Positions 37,823 to 50,241 of a stretch of DNA of 64,000 nucleotides are shown here, one piece after another (positions within the stretch are counted from its first letter, which is position 1; every line of letters starts with the position of its first letter). The DNA lies in assembly GCF_000315625.1 (NCBI RefSeq), contig NW_005434653.1, positions 1 through 64,000 of the forward strand. The letters run 5' to 3'. Position numbers and translations under genes: made by a program. The notes below the pieces were generated by a model. That model was not told the DNA's origin and made no database searches. It saw only the letters and a list, made by a program, of their open reading frames with translations. This DNA comes from Guillardia theta CCMP2712 (taxonomy: Eukaryota > Protista > Cryptophyta).

Positions 37823-39455
37823 TCACTCGCATCGGAGGTTTCGGAACTGCACGTATCGTTTGTGCCCTTCCAGGGTCTTGAGCTTGTGAAAGTCAACGAG
37901 TATGAGCTGTAGCTCACAGATGTGCCCCTCCACCCCCTTCTTCCTCGTCTCGTCGCTCACCACCCGTAGGTTGATCGCGACGTCTCTGTAGCCACCCGAT
38001 ATCTTGCTGTCGAAGTCTGGATCCAGCCTGTTCTTTATCTGCAGCACCTGGATCTCCGGGTCTCTGGCGATCTTGTCCAGGCAGTCGCAGAGTTGGTCGA
38101 GGTCCTTGAAGACGATGCTCTGCCGCACCACGTCTGTGAGACGAGGTACTTTAGTGTCACAGAGCAACAAGACTTTCTCGATCGATCTGGTGGCGTTCTT
38201 GATCTTTGCCCAGCAGACTGAGCTCTCGAGCGTCGGGTCTGCGATCACATCTCGCCAGCGCACGTACTGGGGCTCGTCGTTGTCAGACTGTGCCAAGAAG
38301 AAGCCGTCGGAGGCCTCGGCCAGGGCCTTGACCTTGGAGAGGAAGACGGGGTCGATGACGAGCGCCTGGGCGTACAGCTGATCAAGGTTTTCCCTTCGAA
38401 GATTCTCTTCATCAATCTCCTTGTTCGTCTCAGACTCGCCAGGGATATGATTGTCAGCGGAGTTGGGCAGGATGAATGTTGGACCATAGGGACCCCATCC
38501 CCGCACATTGCGTAGAGAATTCATCAAGCGAAATATCGATTGGCTGCCTTTCACCTCTTCCCATTCCTTCTCAAACACCGATGAGCTGTGTAAGGCTTCA
38601 CTCAAGGTTCTCGACCTCGTAAGCTCGCGGCAAGCCAGGAAGAAAACGGTTGCTGCAAACACGAAGATGCTCTCATATCTGACTCGTCCTGCTCCCAAGG
38701 CAGAAGCAAAGATCATAATATGTGCTAGAAAGACTTGCTCGACCACATAAAGTTCGCTGAAGATCAAAGGAGCTGGAAAGAAGAAAAGATCCTGACAAAT
38801 CAAGTTGTCACAAGATTGACCTTTTCAGAACAGACAGCTCACCGAGATTGCATAGATCAAGAACTCGTGACGTGATGCCTCCAAAGCAGTTTCGTTGTAG
38901 CCCTCAGCTAGCATACCGAAGAAGATGATAGAGTTGAAAAGTCCATCAAGAAAGCCCGCGAAAATCAAGACCTTCACATGCGAGTTACTTGAAGGTATCA
39001 GTTGAAACAGTGCCCTACCTGCTTGGTTCGATATGTACCTGGTTGCTAACTGCAGCGACAACTCCCATGTGCAAGGAAGATGGTTTTTCCCAAGAAAATC
39101 TTGATGCAGAAACTCTCTTGAACCTGCCTTGTTCGGGAAAAGGGAAAAGTAGCCAGTAGATTGAATCCTGTGGAGAGACACTGATTCAAGAATGATCCAT
39201 AGTGATCCAACCACCACGAAAATGAATTGTACGGGACGTAAAGTAAGGAGCGCAGACAGAGGCTCGTGGGAGAACAAGATCAGCCATGGGTTGATCTTGT
39301 ATACTTTTCTCTCCACAGTGCTTCTCTGAAGGAAGTCCCCGCTAACATGCATGTAGGCATGCGAGAATCCGGGTTTGAAATCTGTTCTCCTCGGAGTCTG
39401 AATCAAGACAGGTTCGGACTGCTGACCTTCAACCTCAATTTCAATGCTAGCCATG
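37823..39455 (-). CDS. Multi-pass membrane protein with C-terminal RelA/SpoT-like nucleotidyltransferase domain
   Basis: AKIKNATRSIEKV...RLTDVVRQSIVF...IKNRL...GGYRDVAINL...HICELQL parallels the RelA/SpoT synthetase motif order. Several hydrophobic segments lie upstream. A GT-AG intron at 38792-38842 links the two ORFs. Confidence 0.75.
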
Positions 39456-41006
39456 AACGTTCTCACCGCCCCTTCGCCGCCGGCCTCCCCTCAGCAGCCT
39501 TCTTGTCTCCTGGCCATCAAATGAAACTCTACGATACTCTCATCACTGCGTACTGCCGGCGTGCAGCACTACCTAGGCTACTTCCTAGGACCCAGATCAT
39601 CGGCCCCCCCCTAGGTACCCTATCGGCATCTGGTTTTACCCAAGAATGTTTTCTTTGTCAATAATGAAAATTTGCTATAAAAGTATTGTATGAAATAAAT
39701 AGAAAGTACCCGTCTGTAGTCCTGCTAAAAGTACCCCACTAGCTCAGCAGCATTCCCCCGGTACGTTGTTGATCACGGATCACTGACTTTAAAACAATGT
39801 TAATGTCTCTAAAACGTTTTGAAGACATTTACATATTTATTGCCCAAACTCGTGAAGCATCAGATAGTCGAGCCCCACCCCCCCAACTGAGCATATCAGC
39901 AAGGGGAAACCACCCCTTCAACAAGCACCGGCGCAATTTTCGGAGACTTGTGACGCACATCAAGCCGCGATAAGTGTACAACTCTTGATTCCTCATCCCC
40001 CTCATACTCAAGTTTTGACCGTTAATTGCTGGTTGACTGGCCGTTGGGCCGCGACGTTGAGGCTCTTCCGGTTCGTCTTTGTGGAGCAGAACTAGTGGCC
40101 GTCCTATGTCAAGCTGAAAACTACTTGACCCAGTGAAACTCTCCCGCCCTGCTCAAGAAAAATGGGCGAGCACCATTAGTGAAGGATGATGGCTGCATCA
40201 CTGAAGCATATATGCCCTACACTGACTGAAGATGTTGGATCGTTGTGTTTTAGCCAGGAGTCGGGCGATGTATGAAAATGAACGATGAAAGTACACTCCA
40301 ATTTCATGCTGGCAACCTGTGTCTTCAAAACTGAAGAATGGTTCAGACATTTGTTCAGACAGCCTCGGTTTGGTTTACTGTGGCCTTGACTGAAGTTACA
40401 GCAAACCAATACAAACACATGTTGAAAACAATGACAAGACAGCTGTTTTGAATGATGAGAAGATGGAAAAAGTGAATCATCTCTGAAACTTGTCTGAGAA
40501 AATATGGTCTCAAGGGATAGGTGAGGATGTGCTGTGAAAACAATTCATTGGAAGTCATCATACGCATTCCTTTTGAAAACAGCCCATCAAGAAACCAAAT
40601 CGGAATCTCGTGCCTCCTGTGTGCATTTTCCACATTGCAGAGACATGCGATGAAAAGCAGCATGGGGTCGAATTCTCCTGAGACACCAATTCCTCGGAAT
40701 TTATCATGCATCATCATCTCATGTTTCAGCCAGCTGATTTATTGAATACTGCTGCTGCCGCCGCCGCCGCAACTGTTGCCGACTGCTTCAGCTGATACTT
40801 TTCTCGTGTAGCGAAGTGGTGCGACAGGTGGTTTAGAAGATTGCAATCCATGACAATGCAGAGTTTAACAGAATTTTTTTTTGACAGCTCTCAATACCAA
40901 TGCGTACTTTAAGTGAGCCTTTATGATTTGACCGATACTTTCAACAAACTTAACATGCTATGTACAATCTAAAGAATAACTATTTACAGCCGTCGCTCTC
41001 ATCGGC

Positions 41007-41270
41007 CTACCGCACAAAGATGCTTTCATGTCGCACGCAGCTGATCTCCGAAAGCTTGCAAGCTTTCGACGCAGCCTGAGAAATGCTCTGCAGCACCAGC
41101 TCTCCCTTGCCGTCGTCCTTCCGATGGCTCAATGACGTCCCGGGACGTTGACTCGCGAGATTGTCGACGTATGCTTGCTGTGCCGCATTGAGGCGGAAGG
41201 CCTTTCTGGCGATACCGCGAGACGGGAGGGACAGGCGCTCGTTGAGGAGGACAAAGGAAGCGGAAGTCAT
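41007..41270 (-). CDS. Small orphan protein (87 aa), copy A
   Basis: Same protein as 41864-42127; protein-level homolog at 54777-55067. Confidence 0.6.
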   Translation of the reverse strand: MTSASFVLLNERLSLPSRGIARKAFRLNAAQQAYVDNLASQRPGTSLSHRKDDGKGELVLQSISQAASKACKLSEISCVRHESIFVR

Positions 41271-41863
41271 GGCGAGTTGAAAGGAGGAGAAGAGATGATC
41301 ACGACGGGAGTATGCGTAGGAGATGAGTAGGAGGTGCAGTATTTACTACAGGGAAGAATGGTGTAGTAAACGTACCATGCGGCTCCTTGCAATCTCAGTG
41401 ACAGCACTCTTTACTACAGTACAGAAACTGACCGGATCCCTGATCAGCACGGACCTTCTTTACAATTTGAACGGCTGAGCAACAGATCCTTTAAACGGAC
41501 GCACAGTAATTGGTGGGGGTGGAAAGACTGATTTGCAGGGGTAGTAGCGATTCCCAAATAAATTGACATCCTGATTCTGATAGCTTGTCACTTCGTTTGA
41601 ATTGGCGCAATATTCGGCTTTTTTTAGCATCTTCTCCCTTCGATCATGGGCTAGCTCCCCGTTGCTGACATTGCTGACATGGAAGATATGTAGTAAAGAG
41701 CTGTAGGTGTGCTGTATGGGTGCGAGATGCTGTCACTGAGATTGCAAGGAGCCGCATGGTACGTTTACTACACCATTCTTCCCTGTAGTAAATACTGCAC
41801 CTCCTACTCATCTCCTACGCATACTCCCGTCGTGATCATCTCTTCTCCTCCTTTCAACTCGCC

Positions 41864-42127
41864 ATGACTTCCGCTTCCTTTGTCCTCCTCAACGAGCGCC
41901 TGTCCCTACCGTCTCGCGGTATCGCCAGAAAGGCCTTCCGCCTCAATGCGGCACAGCAAGCATACGTCGACAATCTCGCGAGTCAACGTCCCGGGACGTC
42001 ATTGAGCCATCGGAAGGACGACGGCAAGGGAGAGCTGGTGCTGCAGAGCATTTCTCAGGCTGCGTCGAAAGCTTGCAAGCTTTCGGAGATCAGCTGCGTG
42101 CGACATGAAAGCATCTTTGTGCGGTAG
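41864..42127 (+). CDS. Small orphan protein (87 aa), copy B
   Basis: Same protein as copy A, in the opposite arm of the inverted repeat. Confidence 0.6.
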   Translation: MTSASFVLLNERLSLPSRGIARKAFRLNAAQQAYVDNLASQRPGTSLSHRKDDGKGELVLQSISQAASKACKLSEISCVRHESIFVR

Positions 42128-44818
42128 GCCGATGAGAGCGACGGCTGTAAATAGTTATTCTTTAGATTGTACATAGCATGTTAAGTTTGTTGAAAGTATC
42201 GGTCAAATCATAAAGGCTCACTTATAAATCGCAGACGGAACTCGATTGTCGAATTCGTTATGTTTTGAAGCTTATTTAGATGTCACAATCAACGACAATT
42301 TGATACGAATTTGTCCCGAGACTGTTGACAGGAACACTGGAGGAGTTGCAATTTATTAGGTTTGTTTGTTTGATCATGTTTGGACGGGGCTGTTGAGTTA
42401 AGGATACCCAGAGATGATATGCTTGGAGAAGGTCTGTCGCTAGTCGCTCAAAGCTGACGTGTACATACCATCAGAGTGATCGCAACAATTATAGCTAAAA
42501 GGCTCGAGAAGGTTTCGGATTCCGTACTTCGTGTACTTCATTTCGGTACACCACATTTAGACGGCTATATCGTGCTGTTATCCTTTCAAGCATGTATATG
42601 ATAGATTCAGTTCCAGTACGAATGCTTGTTCGCTCGGCTATCATGCCAAGCTGTTTTGAGGAGTCCCCGGTGACGCTTTTTCAAGCCTCAGCCCGCCCTT
42701 TTCCTTTCTGACAGTACACACGGTTGACAAGTTTGTTTTGTAACAACTGTGTCTGATGACAGGGAGATCACATCGGATTCGAGGAGGCTGAGGCATTCTT
42801 ACCGGGATTTTCAAGGTGTTCTTGCTTGATTGATGCATCCCAGGCGCACTGGCAGGCTGGCCATAAGCCGAACTTCGAAGTCTGAGGACTCCAGAGAAAT
42901 AAAGAGGCCCCAGTGAGTCCGACGCCGCCGCTTCTCAAGTTCCGAGCCCAGGCCGCCCGGCGGCGGCCGGGAGTCCGAGTCCGACCCGACTCGCGGCGAG
43001 TCGAGTGCGGCGCCCGGGACTCCGGGAGCCTCCGAGTCTGGAAGTCTGGCACCCTGGGCCCGCCCGGTTCGGCCGCGCCGGGCCCGCCATAAGTTCTGAT
43101 ACGTTCAGTGGGGTGCTAATATAAAACTCTTGATCCAACTTGTAATAATAACTCTCGTATGAATCACATTTTAAAATATTGTAATTTTGAGAGGCCGTAA
43201 TGGAAATGGAGTACTGGGCCAGGAAACTCTGGACATCTCAAATCATTTTTAGATAACAATTATGATAATTTCAAATTACCCTGAAATTTTTGAATCCAAC
43301 TTCCTTATTTTGCCACAACGTTTCACACGAATGGTCGTAAATGCTCCTAAACAATTGCACCCTACCCATATCACAAATGAGTTTAAAACTACTTTTATAC
43401 CCCTGAAGATGAGGAAACCACCCCACCCGTCCACCATCTCACTACACACAGGGTGCTCTCTGCGTCTCATACTTGCGCTACCCACCCCACTTTACTTGCT
43501 ACTGGCAGCACCCAGTCACACAGTATACCCCCTCTGAGGGTCAGAACCCCACCAACCCTATCACTAATCACCCCTCACTAGATTCTGATCCGGAAATATC
43601 AAAAAATTTCTGTGACGAAGATCGAATGTGGGGTGGTCTTTCTGAATTTTTTGATGGAATGAGACCCAACTCAGTGAAATGTTTCTCCTAACATTTGATC
43701 TGTCCACGAACATTCATCCAGATTTCAACATAATCATTGAACTGTTCCTGTGGTTAAAGAGAATACAAGGGGTTGCTTTCCGACCAGCAATTTTATAGGT
43801 CCGCCTCAAAACCAGAAACTACCCCTGTACCCCAAGTCACCTGAGACCTACCCCAGGAATTCATGACTTGAATGATACCCCCTACCCTACAGCATAAAGT
43901 TTACTACCTACCCTGGCTATCCCTTGCTTTACCACCGCAGCTACCCCTTCTCTGACTACTCAACCGAAGCCCGACTACAATCTGGACCCCGGGACCCACC
44001 CCCTCGGTGCAAAATATTCCAACGAAAGGAGGGGGTTATGAACAAGCGGGGTGATAGGTAGTCACAGGTACCCCTTGGAATGATAGAGGAAGGACCCGTA
44101 CACACTCCCTGCAACCCTTGCAACCCAAGGAACCCCTACCCTTTCGACCCTAATAACCTTACCTGACAAGAACGCTTTCTACCACCCCTTGTTCCTATAG
44201 ACACTACCCTTGGAAATCACAGCAACCTCCACCTCTCTGATGTGCCTCCTCGAGGACTACCCTCGCTTACGACTCCTAGTAACTTGTATTTCCTATGATT
44301 GTGACTAGCACCTTCCTATGGCCCGACTGGCATACCACCACTGCCCCACCCCTACCCTACCCCCCGTTTCCCACTCCAACCAACTGCGCACCCCAGCATT
44401 GCCCTTCCCGCCATGGCTGCCAGCTCCGTTTGAGCGCGGGAGGGTTGAACATCCTCCTGTGATCAAGAGCTGTTGGATTCCGTCAGCCCTGAGGTGCGAT
44501 CGAGACAGATTCCTCATCCTTAGCTGGGCATTCTTTTCCCATCGAGTGGTTGGTCTTGGTAAATAGACCAAGAGCAAGGTTGGGGCTGCTTCGCCCTGGT
44601 CAGGACCACAATCTTTCCGGTCATTCGGTTGAGTCGATCGCTTACCCAAGCGTATCGTCGTTGTATTCTTTGTATTTCTCGTTCTTTTTCCAGCTCTGCT
44701 CTCTGGTTATCGGACTAGTTCAACTCGCCTTTTTCTGTTAGTTTGGGCACATTTGCGTTCGCAGCACTACCGCCCTGCTCTTCTCAAACATTTTGTTTCA
44801 TAGCCGCCGCACAAGTGG

Positions 44819-46365
44819 ATGTCACCAGTAGACTGTCCAGTGATGTTGGCAAATCCTACACCTTGTCATGGTATGTGGTCGAACTCAGTGTTTGATATGG
44901 GGGGTTCTACCCCCCAAGGGTGCGCAAGTGAGTACCGGGCTCCAAGCACGGGCAACGGAGCCATTCATAAATCAGCACGACAATCGCTTCGTCTTGCTGT
45001 CAAGAGTGCGAGCGACATAAGAGTCAAAGGAGAGGTCCAGAGCGCCTATTGGAAGCCCCTTTTCAGTCCCAAGAAGCCAGTCAAGAAGGATGACTCAGCA
45101 GCGACGAAGCTCAAGACCCCTTCGCGAACAAACAATCGCACGCAAGATGCCGATGGCAAGGGAATGGCTGGGAAACGCAAGCGAAACTCGTCACTAGAAT
45201 CAATTTTATCTCAGTCTTGCTTGAATGTCAATGAGGGAAAGAACATCAAGAAAGAAAAAGAACACGATAAATATTGTCATTTTTGTCAGGTCAAATATCT
45301 GTGTTTGAAAGCTCCATCATGATGTACTTGTGCAGCACGTCAAGGTCAATATGCTGGCGTGCGAGTCGCCAGATTGTACTCATAGGTTGGAAGTATCTGC
45401 TTGTGAAAGATAACCTGACTGTTGTGTAGATTTTGCACGTATTGTTTGGCTGTTCACTTAGGAGACAATACCGATCCTTCTTCAAGTTCTTCATGGAAGA
45501 TGGGGCATTGGTCGTGTCCGACCTGCCGTCAAGAGTAAAACACATCTTTGTTAAACTGGGAAATATTCATGATGGTTTACAGGTGCTGTTGCTCCTTGTC
45601 GGAATGCAGTAAGTCCCATCGCCACTGCAAAGCGTTCCGATACAGGTGAGCACGCTTTTTGCTTGTTTCTTGGATTTATTCCCCTCCAGATGTCGAAGAG
45701 CCAATGCAGCAAACTTGAGAATGTCTGCTGCACATGCATTGGTTTCATTGGGTGTTTCAGGCAATGAAGATCCTAAGAACAAGGCCTGCAAGTCTCAGAA
45801 ACTTTCTACTTCTGGGAAGACCAAGAAAACCAACATTGGCAGTGAAACAGGCTCGGCTGTTCCGTTAGGCCCCCCGGAAGGTTCGGAAACCCGCGCTCCA
45901 GGGAACAACCCACACGAACACGAAGATCAAAAGGCGATGATGCAAGCACAAGCGGATCGTGTGCTTGGGCTGCTGTGCATGATCACAGCCGAACAAGCCA
46001 ATGTATGCCTCTATATTCCTCTACAAGTGGATCGTGACCTTATATACCAGGAGGAGACTGAGGAAAGCCTTCATTCTGATTGCAGCAACGAGTCCGATTC
46101 TCCATCTCAGGATTGTGACGAAGAGAAGGAGGTTGCGGAGACGACAGCCGAGAGCTGCACCAGCTCACTGGAAGAACTTGCTCTGTTTGCCTTACAGTCT
46201 CTCGCAGCTATCCCGGGGGAGGATTTGAAAGCGGCTCCTGTGGGTCCAGAAACAACAGGCAGGACAGGAGATGTCTCCCCCGGTAGACCAACAGCAGAAT
46301 GCTCTCCTTGTACACCTCGAGAGGATCTCTCGTACGACAGTGCTTCCCCAGAACACCATGTCTAG
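44819..46365 (+). CDS. Cys-rich zinc-finger protein (zf-4CXXC_R1/RING-like), probably nuclear
   Basis: Spliced YCHFCQ|HVKVNMLAC...FCTYCL...WSCPTCR...CCC, basic KRKR motif and acidic tail. Confidence 0.7.
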
Positions 46366-46484
46366 AGCATAATGCTTTTGCCTTACACACGTGAATCTAA
46401 AGTGATGGTGAAAAGAGATAATAATTAGAGCCGCTGGGAATCTGAAAACATGTTTATGAATTCAGAGTATAATCTCAGGTTTCT

Positions 46485-47876
46485 CTATAGCCTATGGCCT
46501 ACCGATCCCTCTGACGGTGATATCTGAATCTAATCTGAAAGTCAGCGATATCCTGCAGGGTCAGAGCTGGAGAAGTTTAAGTCTCACCTCATAGCTCCAC
46601 ACAGAGCGAGGTTGAACGTGGAGGTTCCAGTACTGTTCGGCAATGTGCGCAGGGTCCATGAGCGGGACGTTGGTGCCCCATCCCTTGGTGTTGGGCGATT
46701 CGATGACTCCGTCAATGATGACATGGCCAACATGAACTCCTTGAGCAGCGAGCTCCTGGAACAGCGACTGCCCGTAGGAACGCAGCGCTGCCTTGACCGG
46801 AGCCACCGACCCGAACTTCTTACCTCCTCTGAGAGACACCAGTCAAGGAAGGGGAGGCAGCGGAGAGAGCTAACCTCAGAGAAGCAGTAGCGCCGGAAAG
46901 GAGGATCGTTCCCTTGCCCTGAACCTGAAGATGAGCGGTGGAGGAAGAGGGGAACAAGGAGCCAGGGGGAAGACTCTACTGGCCTGCTCGATCATCTTGG
47001 GGACGACTTGACTGTTGCATCGAAGGCAGCCAGTGACTCCGATGCTGCTCAGATCATCAGAACGAGGATGAAGGAGGAGAGGGGATGAAGATTTTGGAAT
47101 ACTTAAAGGCAGAGTCAAAGAACTGCGGGTCGATGTCATGAGCAGCAGGGAGGTTGGGGAATTCGTGTCCAGGAGGAAACGGAGGAGCCACGTTGTAAAT
47201 CATGACCTGAGAGCTGCGAGATGAGACGGGAGAAGAACAAGCACGGGAAGGGAGCACCTCCACCTTGCCGAGCGAGAAGATCTGTTTGAAGGCGGTAGAG
47301 ACGCTCTCCATGTCCGTGACATCGCAGCAGATGGAGGTAGCAGTTCCTCCTGGGGTTCCGTGAGAATGGAAGACAGGAAGGGAGGGGAAAGAGAGGAGGG
47401 AGAAGGAAAGTTGTCGTACCTTGATTCCTTACCTCCTCCGCTACCGCCTGTAAACTAGGTTCAGTCTTCTCTTCTCACTCCTCCCTCCCCTCCTCCCTCC
47501 CCTCCTCCCTCCCCTCCTCCCTCCCCATTCCCCCGCTCCATTTCCTCTCTAGTCACCTCAACCACATCCTTCCGTCTAGCGAGGAGCGCAACGTGATATC
47601 CGCCTGCCAGCCTTTCACTCCTCTCGGCCTCCCTTCACATCCTCCACCTTGAGCAAACCGCAGGGACAAGGCACCTCCCAGGCCCTGAACGAGCTCGTCA
47701 CTACCTTTCAGTTTTCCCTCGCCCCTCACCCATCGGGAGGAGGGAGGGATTTCCTTCATGGACCCTCCTTTGTCGTGCTTCGACCCTGCGCGTGCTGACC
47801 TCAGCAACGAGCCTGTCAACTAGCGTGATGGTGGGTGACCTGGGCCGACGATGACAGCGATTGGCTTGCTCGACAT
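46485..47876 (-). CDS. Short-chain dehydrogenase/reductase
   Basis: MSSKPIAVIVGP...GLGGALSLRFAQGG, IYNV and KAALRSYGQSLFQELAAQGVHVGHVIIDGVI. Confidence 0.85.
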
Positions 47877-47884
47877 GGCTCGAC

Positions 47885-48249
47885 TTGCAAACGAAAACTC
47901 AACTAGAACAAAACTAGAGCAACAGGGTCAAGGCAGGCAGCACAAAGTCTCCCCGGCTTCTCTCCTACATGCTGCAGCATCATCATTCACTATTGCTCCC
48001 TCCTCACTGCAACTACAAGCATCTCATCCCCTTAGCCATGGCGGGCATGACATCACACGACGATCATTGCAAACGAAAACTCAACTAGAACAAAACTAGA
48101 GCAACAGGGTCAAGGCAGGCAGCACAAAGTCTCCCCGGCTTCTCTCCTACATGCTGCAGCATCATCATTCACTATTGCTCCCTCCTCACTGCAACTACAA
48201 GCATCTCATCCCCTTAGCCATGGCGGGCATGACATCACACGACGATCAT
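47885..48249 (+). repeat. Exact 182-bp tandem duplication in the divergent intergenic region
   Basis: 47885-48066 is repeated at 48067-48248. Confidence 0.95.
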
Positions 48250-48590
48250 CGCAAGCACAAGAGACGCACAGGCCATGCAAGAGAAGAGGCCTGAGAGCGT
48301 CGACTGTCCTGCCGACGCGCATGGCAGACGCTGGTGAGAGGAGGGGCTCGACAAGTCAGAGAGACAAGAGGTGCGATGCTGAGATGCTAAGAGGGAGAGG
48401 AGACCGGGAGAGACGAGGAGGAGAAGAAACCGGGAGAGACGAGGAGGAGAGCAAAGAGGAAAGAGGGGAAGAGGAGAAGGGTATGCGTAAAAGCAGGGGA
48501 TGCTCAGATAGTATCGCACTTTCTTTCTTTCTTTTTTTTCTATTTTTTTTCTTGTAGGGTTCGCGATCCGCCTCAGACCGTGGTGCGTCT

Positions 48591-50241
48591 ATGGACTTCA
48601 AGAATGCAGGCAAGCAGATCGAGGGACTGGGGTCCTGCGGCTCTTCCCGCCAACCTCCCATCTAGTTGCCCGTCTCCTCTCCTCTCAATCCTCTCGCTTC
48701 CCTCTGCTGCCCTGCTTGCCCTCGCCGTCCGTCCTTCCTTCCTTCATGCATTCCTCCCTCCCTCCCTCCCTCCCTCCCTCCCTCCCTTCCTCCTAAATAC
48801 GGCCGTTACTCCGTTCACCCTGTCTCCTTCCATCTGTTTCTCCTCTGTGCCATTTGTTTATACCACATGTTTCTCGCTTGTATTCCTTGCTCTGTGCCTA
48901 TCTCAGTCCCTCTCACTTGTTCTCCTCACCTTATCTCATCTCCTCGGTTTTAAGACCCTTCTTCAGCAAATTACATTCGCAACCCGCCGACATCGTTGAG
49001 CAGGTGATAACTTGGATAATCGGAGGCCTCCGCTGACCTGCTGTGTTTCGACCATCACAGCGAACAGCAGCTGAGGCTGTATGCTCTCTACAAGCAAGCG
49101 ACAGTATCATGCTTCTTCTCGCTCGCTGCAGCATCAGTGTGACATCGGCCCAGGTGGGCAAGTGCGATGCCCCGAAGCCAGGATTTCTCGATTTCGTCGG
49201 AAAGGTGTGATGGTAGGTGACTTTCAATGCTGATGTTGGAAGCAAAGGCGAAATGGTCGGCATGGAAGGAGCTTGAGGGAATGACGCAGGAGGAGGCAGA
49301 GGAAGAATATGTGAGGACAGCAATCAAGCATATGGTTGACTGAGATCATGTCCAGGTGAAGGAGGTTGACAGCATCTGTCCTCAGTGGAGAGGGAACACA
49401 GGGCAGGTGGAACCAAACAGGGATGTCCATGAGGAGATCGAGTTTCTCCTAGAGCGAAAGGACGACAATAGAACAAACGCTACCATGAAACTCGGGCCGT
49501 CGGTGAGCACCATGCGCAGTCAGTGCGAAGATGAAGTGAGAGTCGTCCGGAACGCCATCACATGCTCAGTTGCTTACACGATGGTGTGTAGGATGTCGCG
49601 AATGATCTTGACGTATTCGACCTCTACGGGAGAGGGAGGAAAGATGAACTGACGGTCAGCAGGAGGAGGATGAGGAGGAGGGGTCCCAGGAGACTGACGG
49701 TACCTGCAGCTGCTCCTCAAGGATGGCTCGCGTGTCAACCAGAAGGACGAAGATGGACAAGTAGCTCTCTTGTACCTCAATCATCCGAATGATGTCCACA
49801 TGCAGACTCTCCTCCACTTCGCTGCAGACGCTGGAGACGCCGACCTCGTCACGATACTTCTGCAAGTACCGAGATCGTTGCCAGGAGTTTCTTCTTTGTC
49901 TGATATCCATGCAGGCCAAGGCGGAGGTCAACGCTGCAGCTTCGGATGGTCAAACTGCGTTGCATTGCGCGTGCGCATCCGATCGGCTGGAAGTTTGCAA
50001 GCTCCTCAAGGTAAGTTCACGCGCAACCCTATCCCTGTTGCCTTGCGTCCAGGGGTGTGATCTCAAATCGCTCAGGCTCATGGTGCTGATTGCTCCCTCA
50101 AGGATGAGGACGGGGTTCTACCTTGTGGTGACTCTTGCTGAACCATGTGTAGCTGCTTTTGACGTTTCTGCATGTCAGAACTTACAACATCTCAAGCGAT
50201 CCGAGATGTTCTATCTTGATATCAATCTGGTCCGGAGCTAA
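48591..50241 (+). CDS. Acyl-CoA-binding domain + ankyrin repeat protein (ACBD6-like); start may be further upstream
   Basis: QLRLYALYKQAT, PKPGFLDFVGK, AKWSAWKEL, GPSVSTM, TLLHFAADAG and GQTALHCAC. Confidence 0.88.

Larger units (their letters stand above)
40910..42224. repeat. Long inverted repeat: 497-bp arms (40910-41406, 41728-42224) with 321-bp spacer
   Basis: The arms are reverse complements; one mismatch noticed by eye. Confidence 0.97.

Noticed and set aside
40176-40745. Degenerate transposase next to the inverted repeat
   Set aside because: No recognisable catalytic motif in any frame
41007-42127. Divergent pair of cryptophyte phycobiliprotein alpha-subunit genes
   Set aside because: No signal or transit peptide and no FDxRGC chromophore motif
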